Position numbers and translations under genes: made by a program. Of a stretch of DNA of 64,000 nt, positions 19,710 to 28,744 are shown piece after piece. Source of the DNA: a virus; the IMG/VR virus record IMGVR_UViG_3300030419_006105, positions 52,367-116,366 of that record. One strand, 5' to 3'. Numbering within the stretch: position 1 is the stretch's first letter; each line of letters opens with the position of its first letter. The notes beneath the pieces are model-generated. The model did not search any database. It was not told the DNA's origin and saw only the letters and a program-made list of their open reading frames with translations.

Positions 19710-20727
19710 GATAGTACCTCAAGAATATATTGTAGAAAAATTCTTTCAGTACGCAGGATATCCTAAGTACAAAAAAATTACTAATGTATATGAAGGTGGA
19801 TGCCCTATGTGTAGAGAGGGTAAATCCTGGGGTAAAAAACGTAGATTATATTTTGTAGCAAAACAAGATTATATATTTTGTCATAATTGTGGATGGTCTG
19901 GATCACCTGTAAAATGGGTACAAGAAGTTACAGGTAAAAACTATATAGAAATTGTTGAAGAATGTAAATCGTTTAACACATTTACTATACCGGAAGAAAA
20001 AGAAAATACACTTTCTATTGAAAAACCTCCTCCATCACTCCCTGGAGATTGTATTAATTTATACGATAAAACTCAGTGTAGTTTTTATGGTCATGAACCA
20101 ATGGTAAGACATGCAATTGATACATGTAAGAAGAGAAGATTGTTTAATGCAGTAAATAAGCCGAAGTCTTTATGGTTTTGTAGAAATGATTTTGTACATA
20201 AAAATAGAATAATAATTCCATTTTATGAAGATAATGATATTATTTTTTATCAATCACGAAAGTTAGAACAAAATAAAAAAGATACTAAACCAAAATATCT
20301 ATCAAAAATTGGAGCTGATAAAACTGTATTTAATTTTGATAAAGTACAAAATGAATTAGATTATATATTTGTGTTTGAAGGACCTATTGATAGTTTTTTT
20401 GTAAAAAATGGTGTTGCAGTAGGAGGTATTAGTAGAGGGAGATCTATTTTTACAAAACGACAAGAAAAACAAATAACACAAAAACCATTTCATAAACGAA
20501 TATGGGTTTTAGATAATCAATGGTGCGATCAAACTGCAAAAGAAAAAACCCTTTCATTATTAAGTCAAGGAGAAAAATGTTTTTTATGGCCTGAAGAATT
20601 TAAACATTTTAAAGATTTTAATGACATTTGCCAAAAAATAAACCGAGATTCAATTGAACCTCAGTTTATCGTAAAAAATAGTTATGCTGAATTAAAAGGT
20701 AAGCTTTTATTAACTAAAATCACCTAA
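19699..20727 (+). CDS. gp61: DNA primase (T4 gp61-like)
   Basis: Zinc finger CPMC...CHNCG, RIIIPF, KYL, TOPRIM FEGPIDS, LDN, KDFND. Confidence 0.93.
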   Translation: MISEIVPQEYIVEKFFQYAGYPKYKKITNVYEGGCPMCREGKSWGKKRRLYFVAKQDYIFCHNCGWSGSPVKWVQEVTGKNYIEIVEECKSFNTFTIPEEKENTLSIEKPPPSLPGDCINLYDKTQCSFYGHEPMVRHAIDTCKKRRLFNAVNKPKSLWFCRNDFVHKNRIIIPFYEDNDIIFYQSRKLEQNKKDTKPKYLSKIGADKTVFNFDKVQNELDYIFVFEGPIDSFFVKNGVAVGGISRGRSIFTKRQEKQITQKPFHKRIWVLDNQWCDQTAKEKTLSLLSQGEKCFLWPEEFKHFKDFNDICQKINRDSIEPQFIVKNSYAELKGKLLLTKIT

Positions 20728-21019
20728 CCACAATTAACTTTTTCGCGTCCGCTGCTGTTGCACATTTAACAGCTCCTAAAAATATATTATAGGAACCAGC
20801 AGCTGTACTCGCAGGAAATTCTATTCCTGTTGTAAATGGTGGTGATTCATCATCTTGTATAGCTGATTCAGTCATAATATAAGCAGTTACAACACCAGTT
20901 AAACTAGACGTAATAATAAGACCATCATAACCACCACCGGTTACATCTAGATCAATTTTATCTGTAGAGTTCCCGGCGCTAGCTCTTTTTGCCTCTGTAT
21001 ATGTACCACGTATAAACAT
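20720..21019 (-). CDS. Hypothetical small beta-rich (possibly virion) protein
   Basis: ORF with Thr/Ser/Gly-rich composition in a late minus-strand cluster. Confidence 0.65.
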   Translation of the reverse strand: MFIRGTYTEAKRASAGNSTDKIDLDVTGGGYDGLIITSSLTGVVTAYIMTESAIQDDESPPFTTGIEFPASTAAGSYNIFLGAVKCATAADAKKLIVVR

Positions 21020-21037
21020 AATATTTTATTTTATTTT

Positions 21038-21349
21038 TTAACCTTCTGGTGTCCAGCCAGCTGGACGAGGTGTTGACCTATTATAACCAAATCTAATACA
21101 GTGACGACCCCATGCATCATCTAATTCTGCATCATTAGTATTAACAGGTGTACCTGCCTCTTCTGCAACTTTAGCAGCAAGTGCAGCTTCAGCAGCAGCT
21201 TTAGCTTCGGCAGCTTCTTGAGCTTCTTTAGCAGCTCTTGCAGCAGCCTCATCAGCTTCTTGTTGGGCTTTTTCAGCTTGTGCTTCTTCTTCAGCAGCAA
21301 TTGCTTCTAATTCCTCTTTTGTTTTATCTTCAAAATTTAACTCAGACAT
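21038..21349 (-). CDS. Hypothetical Ala/Glu-rich helical protein
   Basis: EAA/KAA low-complexity helix. TAAATA box upstream. Confidence 0.7.
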   Translation of the reverse strand: MSELNFEDKTKEELEAIAAEEEAQAEKAQQEADEAAARAAKEAQEAAEAKAAAEAALAAKVAEEAGTPVNTNDAELDDAWGRHCIRFGYNRSTPRPAGWTPEG

Positions 21350-21359
21350 AGTATTATAA

Positions 21360-21752
21360 TTATTTATGTTTTTCTATATAAAGGTTCTTGAATATTTGAT
21401 TCAGACTTGCGAGTCTTTCACAAATATCTAAAATTTCACTCTTCGTGGCATCAGATACACCATCAAAAATTGTTCCGGTCTTGTTATCAGTTCTTAAATA
21501 ACCCAGGACACTATCTGTACCACCATTTAAATATTCAATTACTTCATCGATATTACTTACCCATTCTTGTAATTGTTCTAGTTCGTGTGCAGTATTTGGC
21601 TGGTTATCTTGTACATCTTCAAAATCTCTAGCATTTTCCGGTTTATCTAAGGTATTAGCAAATGACTGGGCGTCATCACTCGGTTCTGCGTCAATCGCTG
21701 GAACGTCGTCTTCTTTTAATAAAGATAAAAATCTATTTTCAAACTTTCCCAT
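21360..21752 (-). CDS. Hypothetical acidic late protein
   Basis: TAAATA-N5-ATG upstream. N-terminus MGKFENRFLSLLKE. Confidence 0.75.
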   Translation of the reverse strand: MGKFENRFLSLLKEDDVPAIDAEPSDDAQSFANTLDKPENARDFEDVQDNQPNTAHELEQLQEWVSNIDEVIEYLNGGTDSVLGYLRTDNKTGTIFDGVSDATKSEILDICERLASLNQIFKNLYIEKHK

Positions 21753-21774
21753 GTAAGTATTTATTAAATACTTA
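21753..21774. promoter_or_regulatory. Palindromic bidirectional late-type promoter
   Basis: TAAGTATTTA-T-TAAATACTTA inverted repeat fills the gap between two divergent start codons. Confidence 0.7.
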
Positions 21775-22142
21775 TGATGAAAGGCATACTTTTCGAAGAT
21801 TTATATAAGTACACCAACAAGTACTGGAAGGACGTAAAGTCTAGACATGTTCGACCAACTACTAAAACACTTGCTGATATCGCTAAAGCAAGCCCAGAAA
21901 CATATAACAAAGTTAAAGCAGAGTTAACACCATTTCCTGGTGACCATGTAGTGGAACAGCTAGGATCTGCCTTTAAAAGTATATCGGACGCTACCTATCT
22001 CTTGAATCAATTATTCGAGAACCCTACAGTAAGATCAGATGAAGAGACTAAAACATCCGTAAATAATAAGTTGCAAAAAATTCAGGATCTTATAAAATCG
22101 ATAGCGGACGATTTAGATCATGATGGCGCAAATAATTCGTAG
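21774..22142 (+). CDS. Hypothetical protein
   Basis: ORF with a TAAATA box directly upstream. The true start may be the second ATG at 21777. Confidence 0.7.
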   Translation: MMKGILFEDLYKYTNKYWKDVKSRHVRPTTKTLADIAKASPETYNKVKAELTPFPGDHVVEQLGSAFKSISDATYLLNQLFENPTVRSDEETKTSVNNKLQKIQDLIKSIADDLDHDGANNS

Positions 22143-22509
22143 TTTAATATACCTAATAATAATTTCAAGTAGCATAGGTGGTATTTATTACTTCTTTAAC
22201 CCTACATTAATATCTTTTATTAAAGCTACTATTTTTACAGCAGGTGTACAGATAATTTTCTTTATTTTGTACAATAACATTCTTAGATATATTGCACAAC
22301 TACAATTAGAAAAGGAAGCATTATCATTAGCTCAATTAGCTAATAAAAATAAAATATTAGCTGAATGCCAAGGATGTAAAAAAACAAATAGTGTTGATAT
22401 TGACCTTTCAGAAGAAAATCAATTTACTTGTGAATGTGGTGCAGAGAATAAAATCGAAATCGACATGAACACCGTATTAGTTACAAATATTATATATGAC
22501 AACAAATAA
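22120..22509 (+). CDS. Hypothetical membrane protein with C-terminal Cys cluster
   Basis: Two hydrophobic segments followed by CQGC...CECG. Confidence 0.7.
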   Translation: MMAQIIRSLIYLIIISSSIGGIYYFFNPTLISFIKATIFTAGVQIIFFILYNNILRYIAQLQLEKEALSLAQLANKNKILAECQGCKKTNSVDIDLSEENQFTCECGAENKIEIDMNTVLVTNIIYDNK

Positions 22510-22738
22510 GACGAAAATAAATTACTCATCATTAGCTAGGTGGTTATGCCTATATGAAGCAGTTAATATTATATCTGAAAAAGCAGAAAAAATGGGAAGC
22601 TCAAAAGATTGCTTAAAACCAATTCCTATTAACAAATATATAAACGAGAGATATCATTCAGTTCTTAAAGACATAGAATATGAATATGAAAACGAGGAAG
22701 AAACTATTAATAATAGTCCCCGTAAACGTCGTCATTAG
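22496..22738 (+). CDS. Hypothetical protein
   Basis: Overlap-coupled ORF. Confidence 0.6.
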   Translation: MTTNKTKINYSSLARWLCLYEAVNIISEKAEKMGSSKDCLKPIPINKYINERYHSVLKDIEYEYENEEETINNSPRKRRH

Positions 22739-23447
22739 TTCCATAGTCAAAATACGAAGATTGTTCCGTATCTAAATCATTAATATAATCAGTTTCAATT
22801 GCAGTTAACGGCCCTACACCAGATGTATCTGTAACCATAGTAGAACCAGTTTCTGAGTCCAGCCCCGGTAGGAATGTATGATCATTCCTCCGGGCTTTTA
22901 ATTTGAAAACATAATGTCCTTGTAACTGATTTATTTCACCAACCATTTGATCCATGCGTTCTGTAACTTCGAATATTTTACCGTCTTTATTACCAGGTCG
23001 ATCATCTCCATATTCAGTTAATTGAAAAGCATCTCCTGCTTTTGGTATTGACGCAGTAACTGAGCCAGTATATGATGATACATTTTCTTGAAAGGTTTGT
23101 ATATCTATTACTGCGTCTATCTCATCATCTGAAACAAGACCGTATTGTGAATAAGTTAATGACCCATCTGTTAAAGTCATTAACATTACAAATGTTGTTT
23201 TTGGGTGAAAACCTTGATGTGTATTTTCACCATAAACTTTGTCTGAAGCACTTAAAGTAAAATTACGAACATAATAATCTATTTCAGTACCATATAATCG
23301 AATTTGTTCCTTCCACCATTTTTTATATGTTTGAGCTCGCTCATTAACATTATAACCCTTATAGTTGAACCTATTAACATCAGTATTTTCTCCACCGCTT
23401 AAATACTGAACTGCAGTAATAGATTCTGTAAGAAACCCTTGTGCCAT
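22707..23447 (-). CDS. Neck/head-closure protein (T4 gp14-like)
   Basis: EQIRLYG..IDYY, D.VYGE, YSQYGL...DE, PKAGD, KIFEVT pattern resembles gp14. Confidence 0.7.
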   Translation of the reverse strand: MAQGFLTESITAVQYLSGGENTDVNRFNYKGYNVNERAQTYKKWWKEQIRLYGTEIDYYVRNFTLSASDKVYGENTHQGFHPKTTFVMLMTLTDGSLTYSQYGLVSDDEIDAVIDIQTFQENVSSYTGSVTASIPKAGDAFQLTEYGDDRPGNKDGKIFEVTERMDQMVGEINQLQGHYVFKLKARRNDHTFLPGLDSETGSTMVTDTSGVGPLTAIETDYINDLDTEQSSYFDYGTNDDVYGDYY

Positions 23448-23785
23448 TATTTTTTAATATAATATTTGTTATCAGCGATATAAAATGTAATACCAGTATT
23501 ACCTAAGTTCCGCGAGCCTTTTTCTTCTAAATCAGTAATATTAAATAATTGCTTTACTGACTGTACTTCTTGATCATTCAATAAAAATAAACCTGATTGC
23601 ATATTTTTAAGCTGTTTTAACTTACGAGGGTAATTTGAATCAGCTCTATGTACATCAGGTAATATGTTCATTTTACCTCCTTTACGCCCTTGTAAACCAG
23701 TAGATCCTTTGAATCTTCTACTACCTAATACATTTCTCAATTTAGGAGGTTGTCTAAGAAGCTCTAGAAATATCTTTTTAAACAT
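23447..23785 (-). CDS. Hypothetical basic late protein
   Basis: TAAATA-N6-ATG upstream. TAATG coupling to the neck gene. Confidence 0.7.
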   Translation of the reverse strand: MFKKIFLELLRQPPKLRNVLGSRRFKGSTGLQGRKGGKMNILPDVHRADSNYPRKLKQLKNMQSGLFLLNDQEVQSVKQLFNITDLEEKGSRNLGNTGITFYIADNKYYIKK

Positions 23786-23799
23786 TTTAATTATTTAAT

Positions 23800-23831
23800 A
23801 AAAAAAGCCCCCTGCAAGCAAGGGGCTCTTT
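23800..23831 (-). terminator. Rho-independent terminator
   Basis: Minus strand AGCCCC-TTGCTTGCAG-GGGGCT followed by a T run, just after the ORF ending at 23853. Confidence 0.8.
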
Positions 23832-23852
23832 AAAGGTATTGTTTATTGTCGA

Positions 23853-24779
23853 TTAGACGGCTTGTGAACCAGGCTTACCTGCACCTTTTGCATTACCAGG
23901 TTTCTTGCCTTCACCAGTGTCTTTACCAGTGGATTGCTCATCAGTTCCACCACCATCACCAGTACCAGAGGACTTACCACCTAAAGCATCGGCTGGTGCT
24001 TCAGTAGTTTTACCACCACCGTCGGAAGGATCGTGACCAGTCTTTTTACCGTCACTAGTTGCTTTACCTGTTGTTGGATCAACATCTTCTTCGACTTGCT
24101 CCTCTTCAGTATCAGCTAGCGGATCATCTTCTCCAACATCACCGGCTTCTTCTTCGTCTCCACCTAGTTGGTCGACTATAGCTTTAAGAGCGTCAGCCTG
24201 ATCTGCTGTTAATGTAACAGTGACATCGTCACCGACACCATTTTCATCACCAACGTCAAGACCAGCATCATCACCTGGAATACCAAGATCAAAATCCTCG
24301 TCTTCACCCATTACGCTCTCGTAGAGCTTATCAAATATTGATTTATCTTCCGACATAATATTACCTTTGTTAGAATTATTTATGCTCTCATTCGTAGTTT
24401 TTTTGGACTTTTGGTCCTTTTCTTCCTCATCAACCGGTTCTTGTAAATCAGCATGTATACGATCACATGCACTATCAGCTATTTTTTCATCAGCATCTAC
24501 TTCATCCTTAGGTCGCTGATCTGTAGCTTTTTCTTTGAGAACACCTGTACCTTCACATATTGTGCAACATTCATTCTCAAGTTTACCTGTACCTTCGCAT
24601 TGCTCACATTGTAATGCGTCTTGAGCTTCATTAGCTGTTTCTTTGTCTTTAAGAGCTTTTTTCATTGGCTCTTTTTTATTTCCGTCTTTATCGGCATCAA
24701 GAAAATCAGGCTTTTTACCTTTTTCATTTACCGATTTGACATAAGCCTCATTTAACATGTCGAAATCTTTTCCGGTCAT
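23853..24779 (-). CDS. Highly acidic low-complexity late protein (candidate head core/internal protein)
   Basis: D/E/G-rich. KPDFLDADKDGNKKEPMKKA motif and two CxxCxGxG repeats. TAAATA-N5-ATG upstream. Confidence 0.7.
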   Translation of the reverse strand: MTGKDFDMLNEAYVKSVNEKGKKPDFLDADKDGNKKEPMKKALKDKETANEAQDALQCEQCEGTGKLENECCTICEGTGVLKEKATDQRPKDEVDADEKIADSACDRIHADLQEPVDEEEKDQKSKKTTNESINNSNKGNIMSEDKSIFDKLYESVMGEDEDFDLGIPGDDAGLDVGDENGVGDDVTVTLTADQADALKAIVDQLGGDEEEAGDVGEDDPLADTEEEQVEEDVDPTTGKATSDGKKTGHDPSDGGGKTTEAPADALGGKSSGTGDGGGTDEQSTGKDTGEGKKPGNAKGAGKPGSQAV

Positions 24780-24780
24780 G

Positions 24781-24790
24781 TAAATATTTA
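24781..24790. promoter_or_regulatory. Palindromic bidirectional late-type promoter
   Basis: Perfect palindrome TAAATATTTA in the 14-bp gap between divergent ATGs at 24779 and 24794. Confidence 0.7.
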
Positions 24791-24793
24791 TTA

Positions 24794-26500
24794 ATGCCGA
24801 GACAAAAAAAGGAAGATAAATTTTATTTAGGCAATAAAAATTTACCTAACGCCAATATGGAGTTTGAATGGACTCCGGAAATGGTTAAAAATTTAAAAAA
24901 GGCAAAACAAAATATATTACATTTTGCAGAGAATTATTTTTATATTGTTAACCTAGATCAAGGTAAAATAAAAATAGACTTATATCCTTGTCAAAAAAGA
25001 GTTTTACGTAGTTTAAGAGATAATAGATTTGTAGCATGTCTTGCATCAAGACAAACTGGTAAAACTACAATGATGACAATCTACGCACTTTGGATTGCAT
25101 GCTTTCAAGAAGATCAACGTATATTAATTGTTGCTAACAAAGAACAAACAGCTATTAATATATTTTCAAGAATTAGAACTGCGTATGAAAAAATACCTAA
25201 CTTTTTAAAACCTGGTGTATTAGAATATGGTAAAACTTCTATGAAATTAGCTAATGGTAGTAGTATTGGTATTAGTACTACTAGCTCGGATGCTGGTCGT
25301 GGTGAATCTGTAAATGTATTAATTCTAGACGAGCTTGCATTTATTCCAAACAATTTAGTAGATAGTTTTTGGAAATCTGTATACCCTATTATTTCAAGTT
25401 CGAAAAAATCTAAAATATTTGTAGCTTCAACCCCTAACGGAAGCAATAATTTATTTTTCCATTTATATAATGATGCTATTAATGGAAAGAGTAATTGGAG
25501 AGGAGAAAAAATATTATGGGATGAAATACCTGGTCGTGATGAACAGTGGAAGCAAGATACTATTCGATCTATAGGTAGTGAAGAAGCTTTTGCGCAAGAG
25601 TTTGAATGTAAGTTTCTTGATACCGGTGACTCTTTTATTGATGAAGTTTTTTATGCTAAGCTTCAAAGTCAGACAAGGGATCCAAAACATCTATTTGAAG
25701 ATGGTTGTTATAGTGTATGGGAAGAGCCAAATAAAGAACATTTATATACAATAGGTGTTGATGTCGCAGAAGGTGTACAACAAAATTATAGTGCTATACA
25801 AGTTTTAGATATCACAGATTTACAAAATATAAATCAAGTAGCTGAGTACGCTAGTAATGAAATTAATCCATTTGAGTTTACCACTAAAGTTAGAGACATT
25901 TGCTATCACTGGGGAACTCCTCCAGTTTGTATAGAAAGAAATAATTGTGGTAGCCAAGTGGTAGATAATTTATATCATCAATACAATTATAGACATATTG
26001 TAAATTACTCACCTAAAGTCGGTCAAGTAAAATATGATAGATTAGGAATTTATGCACATACTAATACCAAATATAAAGGTATTACTAATATGAGATACTG
26101 GGTGAACGAACTCAAATGTGTACGGTTAAATTCTAAACCCGCTGTAGAAGAACTTAAGAATTTCGTAAGATATCCTAATGGTTCTTGGGCAGCACAACCA
26201 GGTTATGATTTTGATGACCGAGTTATGTCATTAGTATGGGCATTATTAATTTTAGAAAATACCGTAGTACAAAGATATTATAATGTAATGGAAATAGATG
26301 ACAACCAACGTCCTGCAAAACTAGAATTAGGAGATTATATAGATCAGAAATTTAGCAATTTCTTACAAGATCATAGAATGCAAAATATAGATGATAGCTG
26401 GAATCCTAATCCAGTTTACTTTGAAGACATAAATATTTTAGGACAGGAAGGTCCAACAGATATAGAAGCATTAGAAGCAGAAGGTTGGTCTAAATTATGA
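24794..26500 (+). CDS. gp17: Terminase large subunit (T4 gp17-like)
   Basis: SRQTGKTT, LILDELAF, ASTPNG, F.QEFEC.F, nuclease GVDVAEG, IERNN, DDRVMS. Confidence 0.96.
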   Translation: MPRQKKEDKFYLGNKNLPNANMEFEWTPEMVKNLKKAKQNILHFAENYFYIVNLDQGKIKIDLYPCQKRVLRSLRDNRFVACLASRQTGKTTMMTIYALWIACFQEDQRILIVANKEQTAINIFSRIRTAYEKIPNFLKPGVLEYGKTSMKLANGSSIGISTTSSDAGRGESVNVLILDELAFIPNNLVDSFWKSVYPIISSSKKSKIFVASTPNGSNNLFFHLYNDAINGKSNWRGEKILWDEIPGRDEQWKQDTIRSIGSEEAFAQEFECKFLDTGDSFIDEVFYAKLQSQTRDPKHLFEDGCYSVWEEPNKEHLYTIGVDVAEGVQQNYSAIQVLDITDLQNINQVAEYASNEINPFEFTTKVRDICYHWGTPPVCIERNNCGSQVVDNLYHQYNYRHIVNYSPKVGQVKYDRLGIYAHTNTKYKGITNMRYWVNELKCVRLNSKPAVEELKNFVRYPNGSWAAQPGYDFDDRVMSLVWALLILENTVVQRYYNVMEIDDNQRPAKLELGDYIDQKFSNFLQDHRMQNIDDSWNPNPVYFEDINILGQEGPTDIEALEAEGWSKL

Positions 26501-27081
26501 ATCAAGCACCACTTAATAAAAATAGACAAGATAAATTTATCTTAGTTTTAAACTTACCTGAAGGTATAAAAGAAATTTCTGACAGGTATAGTAGAAACAA
26601 TAATCGAATAAACGCAAACAGTCTTGAAATTAGTATCGCAGGAACAGTGACACCTAATATTAGTGTACCAGAGCAAACATTACCATATGGATCGCAAAGT
26701 ATTAAAATTAGTTCACATGCACGACCTGCTTACAGTTCATTAAATTTAAATTTTAAGATAGATAACGAGTATAACAATTACTGGGCTATATTTAAATGGT
26801 TAGATGTAATTAACGACGTAAGAGAAGGAACGGTTAATGAAGATGAAATTGTAAAATATCATCAACCAGGAAAAGTGTTACCAATTTATTCTTCTAATTT
26901 AACCGTTTACGGTTTAGATGAATATCATAATAGAAAAATACAATGGGATTATATCGGAGCTTTCCCGACTCAGCTTTCTGAGATTCAATGGAATTATAAC
27001 GACTCACAGGAAATAGGAGCAACCGCAACATTTGAATTTACAAGGTTAGAAGCAAAATTATTAGACTCTGACGGTAATTAA
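26497..27081 (+). CDS. Tail tube-fold protein (gp19/gp3-like tail completion)
   Basis: F.IDNEYNNYW.IFKWL, GAFPTQLSEI, ATFEFT match the tube family pattern. Confidence 0.7.
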   Translation: MNQAPLNKNRQDKFILVLNLPEGIKEISDRYSRNNNRINANSLEISIAGTVTPNISVPEQTLPYGSQSIKISSHARPAYSSLNLNFKIDNEYNNYWAIFKWLDVINDVREGTVNEDEIVKYHQPGKVLPIYSSNLTVYGLDEYHNRKIQWDYIGAFPTQLSEIQWNYNDSQEIGATATFEFTRLEAKLLDSDGN

Positions 27082-28322
27082 ACAATATTTAATTCTCCTG
27101 TTGAATCTCCAAAATGTTTCATATCTATATTATGTTTATGTAATATACTAACAAACAAATCACACATTGGTTTTTCTTTTTTAACTCTAAAATGTTTTCC
27201 GTTTTGTTTGTTACCAACTAACATAAAAGGTAACTCATCATGATTATGTCTATTACCATCTGAAATACCAGCACCATATATTATATCTGTATTTTCTAAC
27301 AAATTATCTTTTTTCATTTTAGAAATAAATTCAGAAAATAATCGTACATTAAATAGATCAATTTTTGCAAGTGCTGCTAATTTCTTAGGATCTTTTTGAT
27401 GGTGAGATAAGCTATGATGACCTTCTCTAATTCCTATTTCTTTAAACGGACCATTATAACCATCATGAGCCGTCAAAAATGTTATAACTCTAGACGTATC
27501 AGTTAAGAAAGCTAAATGCATCAAATTATACATAATTCTAAATTTATCTGATTTACTTTCTATATCAAAATTAAGTTCAAAATTATTAGTTAAATTAAAT
27601 TTATCTCTTCTCTCTAATTCTAACTCTACCTCTCTAACTGAGTACATATATTCTTCTAATTTAACTTTATCAGCATCTGAGGCAATTTTTGCCAAACTCT
27701 TACTTTCTTCTAAAACAAAATCTAAAATTGACTTTTTTCTTAATTTTACTTTTTGCTCGAGCTTAGTGACATTAAAAAGTCTATTAAAAATATCTCTAGG
27801 ATTATACATCGCAGCAAGTGGTTGATTAGCAGACTTCCATGATAAATTATACTGATAAGCACAACTATATCCTGAATCACATTTACCTATTAATCTAGAC
27901 TTATCACCACTAAATTGTAAACTATCAAACCTTGTTAAACCATTATACTTGTCAGCTAAATATTGATCAACAGATTTACCCGATCTAATTTTAGATTCAT
28001 GCTTATGGGCTTGTATTCCAGTCAAAAAAGTAGAAGCTGCTCTAGCATGGTCACCTGCCCCGTCTCCATTAGCACGTGCTTTATCATGAGTAAGACCAGA
28101 AATTATAGATGTATAATCCATATGGTCTTGCATAGGAGATAAACTATCAGGCATATTCATTATATCTCCATAATGCTTAGGAGTCCAATGATGCATGTTT
28201 ATACCATTAGGTACATAAACAACTCCTAATCGCTTTATATTAGTATTAGTAGTACCGAAGCATTCCAAGCCTGGTAATGCAAATGACAATCCCAATGTAC
28301 CTATAAACGCTCTCCTATCCAT
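27078..28322 (-). CDS. DUF1552 (HXXSHH) family protein with Tat signal
   Basis: MDRRAFIG Tat motif, YVPNG, GDHAR, SVDQ, CDSGYSCAY..NLSW, HHSLSHH, SDGNRHNH..LP. Confidence 0.85.
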   Translation of the reverse strand: MDRRAFIGTLGLSFALPGLECFGTTNTNIKRLGVVYVPNGINMHHWTPKHYGDIMNMPDSLSPMQDHMDYTSIISGLTHDKARANGDGAGDHARAASTFLTGIQAHKHESKIRSGKSVDQYLADKYNGLTRFDSLQFSGDKSRLIGKCDSGYSCAYQYNLSWKSANQPLAAMYNPRDIFNRLFNVTKLEQKVKLRKKSILDFVLEESKSLAKIASDADKVKLEEYMYSVREVELELERRDKFNLTNNFELNFDIESKSDKFRIMYNLMHLAFLTDTSRVITFLTAHDGYNGPFKEIGIREGHHSLSHHQKDPKKLAALAKIDLFNVRLFSEFISKMKKDNLLENTDIIYGAGISDGNRHNHDELPFMLVGNKQNGKHFRVKKEKPMCDLFVSILHKHNIDMKHFGDSTGELNIV

Positions 28323-28330
28323 AGAAGTAT

Positions 28331-28417
28331 TTATAATTTAGAAAGTATTGCTACTAGGGTAACTACGACAACAATAATAATTGTTATTTTAAGATCTTCC
28401 TCAGGAAACCATTTCAT
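28331..28417 (-). CDS. Small single-TM peptide (28 aa, not in the ORF track)
   Basis: MKWFPEEDLKITIIIVVVVTLVAILSKL*. ATGA overlap with the upstream peptide. Confidence 0.6.
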   Translation of the reverse strand: MKWFPEEDLKITIIIVVVVTLVAILSKL

Positions 28418-28512
28418 GATAGGTACTTACCAACAATTATACCATTTACTATAGCAATAATAAGTATAACTACTACCCACGCGTATTTCTGTTTTTTATT
28501 AAGTGTCGCCAT
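28414..28512 (-). CDS. Small single-TM peptide (32 aa, not in the ORF track)
   Basis: MATLNKKQKYAWVVVILIIAIVNGIIVGKYLS*. Overlaps the ferredoxin 3' end. Confidence 0.6.
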   Translation of the reverse strand: MATLNKKQKYAWVVVILIIAIVNGIIVGKYLS

Positions 28513-28735
28513 CATTACCTATTGCTTCTACTGGACATCCATCCATTGCTTGTTTACACATTTCCTCTTCTTCCTCATTTTCCGGTTGCTTATATACATA
28601 AGAGTACCCTTCCTCTTCTTGACGTGTAAAATTATCGGGAGCTTCTTCTCTACATAAATCACAATCTATACACTCTTCATCCACATAATACCTACCTGGT
28701 GTATTTTCAGGTTGTTTGTGTTCTTTATCTGGCAT
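28499..28735 (-). CDS. Monocluster 4Fe-4S ferredoxin
   Basis: YYVDEECIDCDLC...CPVEAIG, acidic, 78 aa. Confidence 0.92.
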   Translation of the reverse strand: MPDKEHKQPENTPGRYYVDEECIDCDLCREEAPDNFTRQEEEGYSYVYKQPENEEEEEMCKQAMDGCPVEAIGNDGDT

Positions 28736-28744
28736 TTTAAATAT

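Noticed and set aside
21160-21310. GCA/GCT/TCT periodic repeats
   Set aside because: They encode an Ala/Glu/Lys helix, which is ordinary low complexity.
3858-26500. Inteins or introns in polymerase, UvsX, helicase, primase or terminase
   Set aside because: All have normal lengths and contiguous motifs, with no intein termini or homing endonuclease inserts seen.
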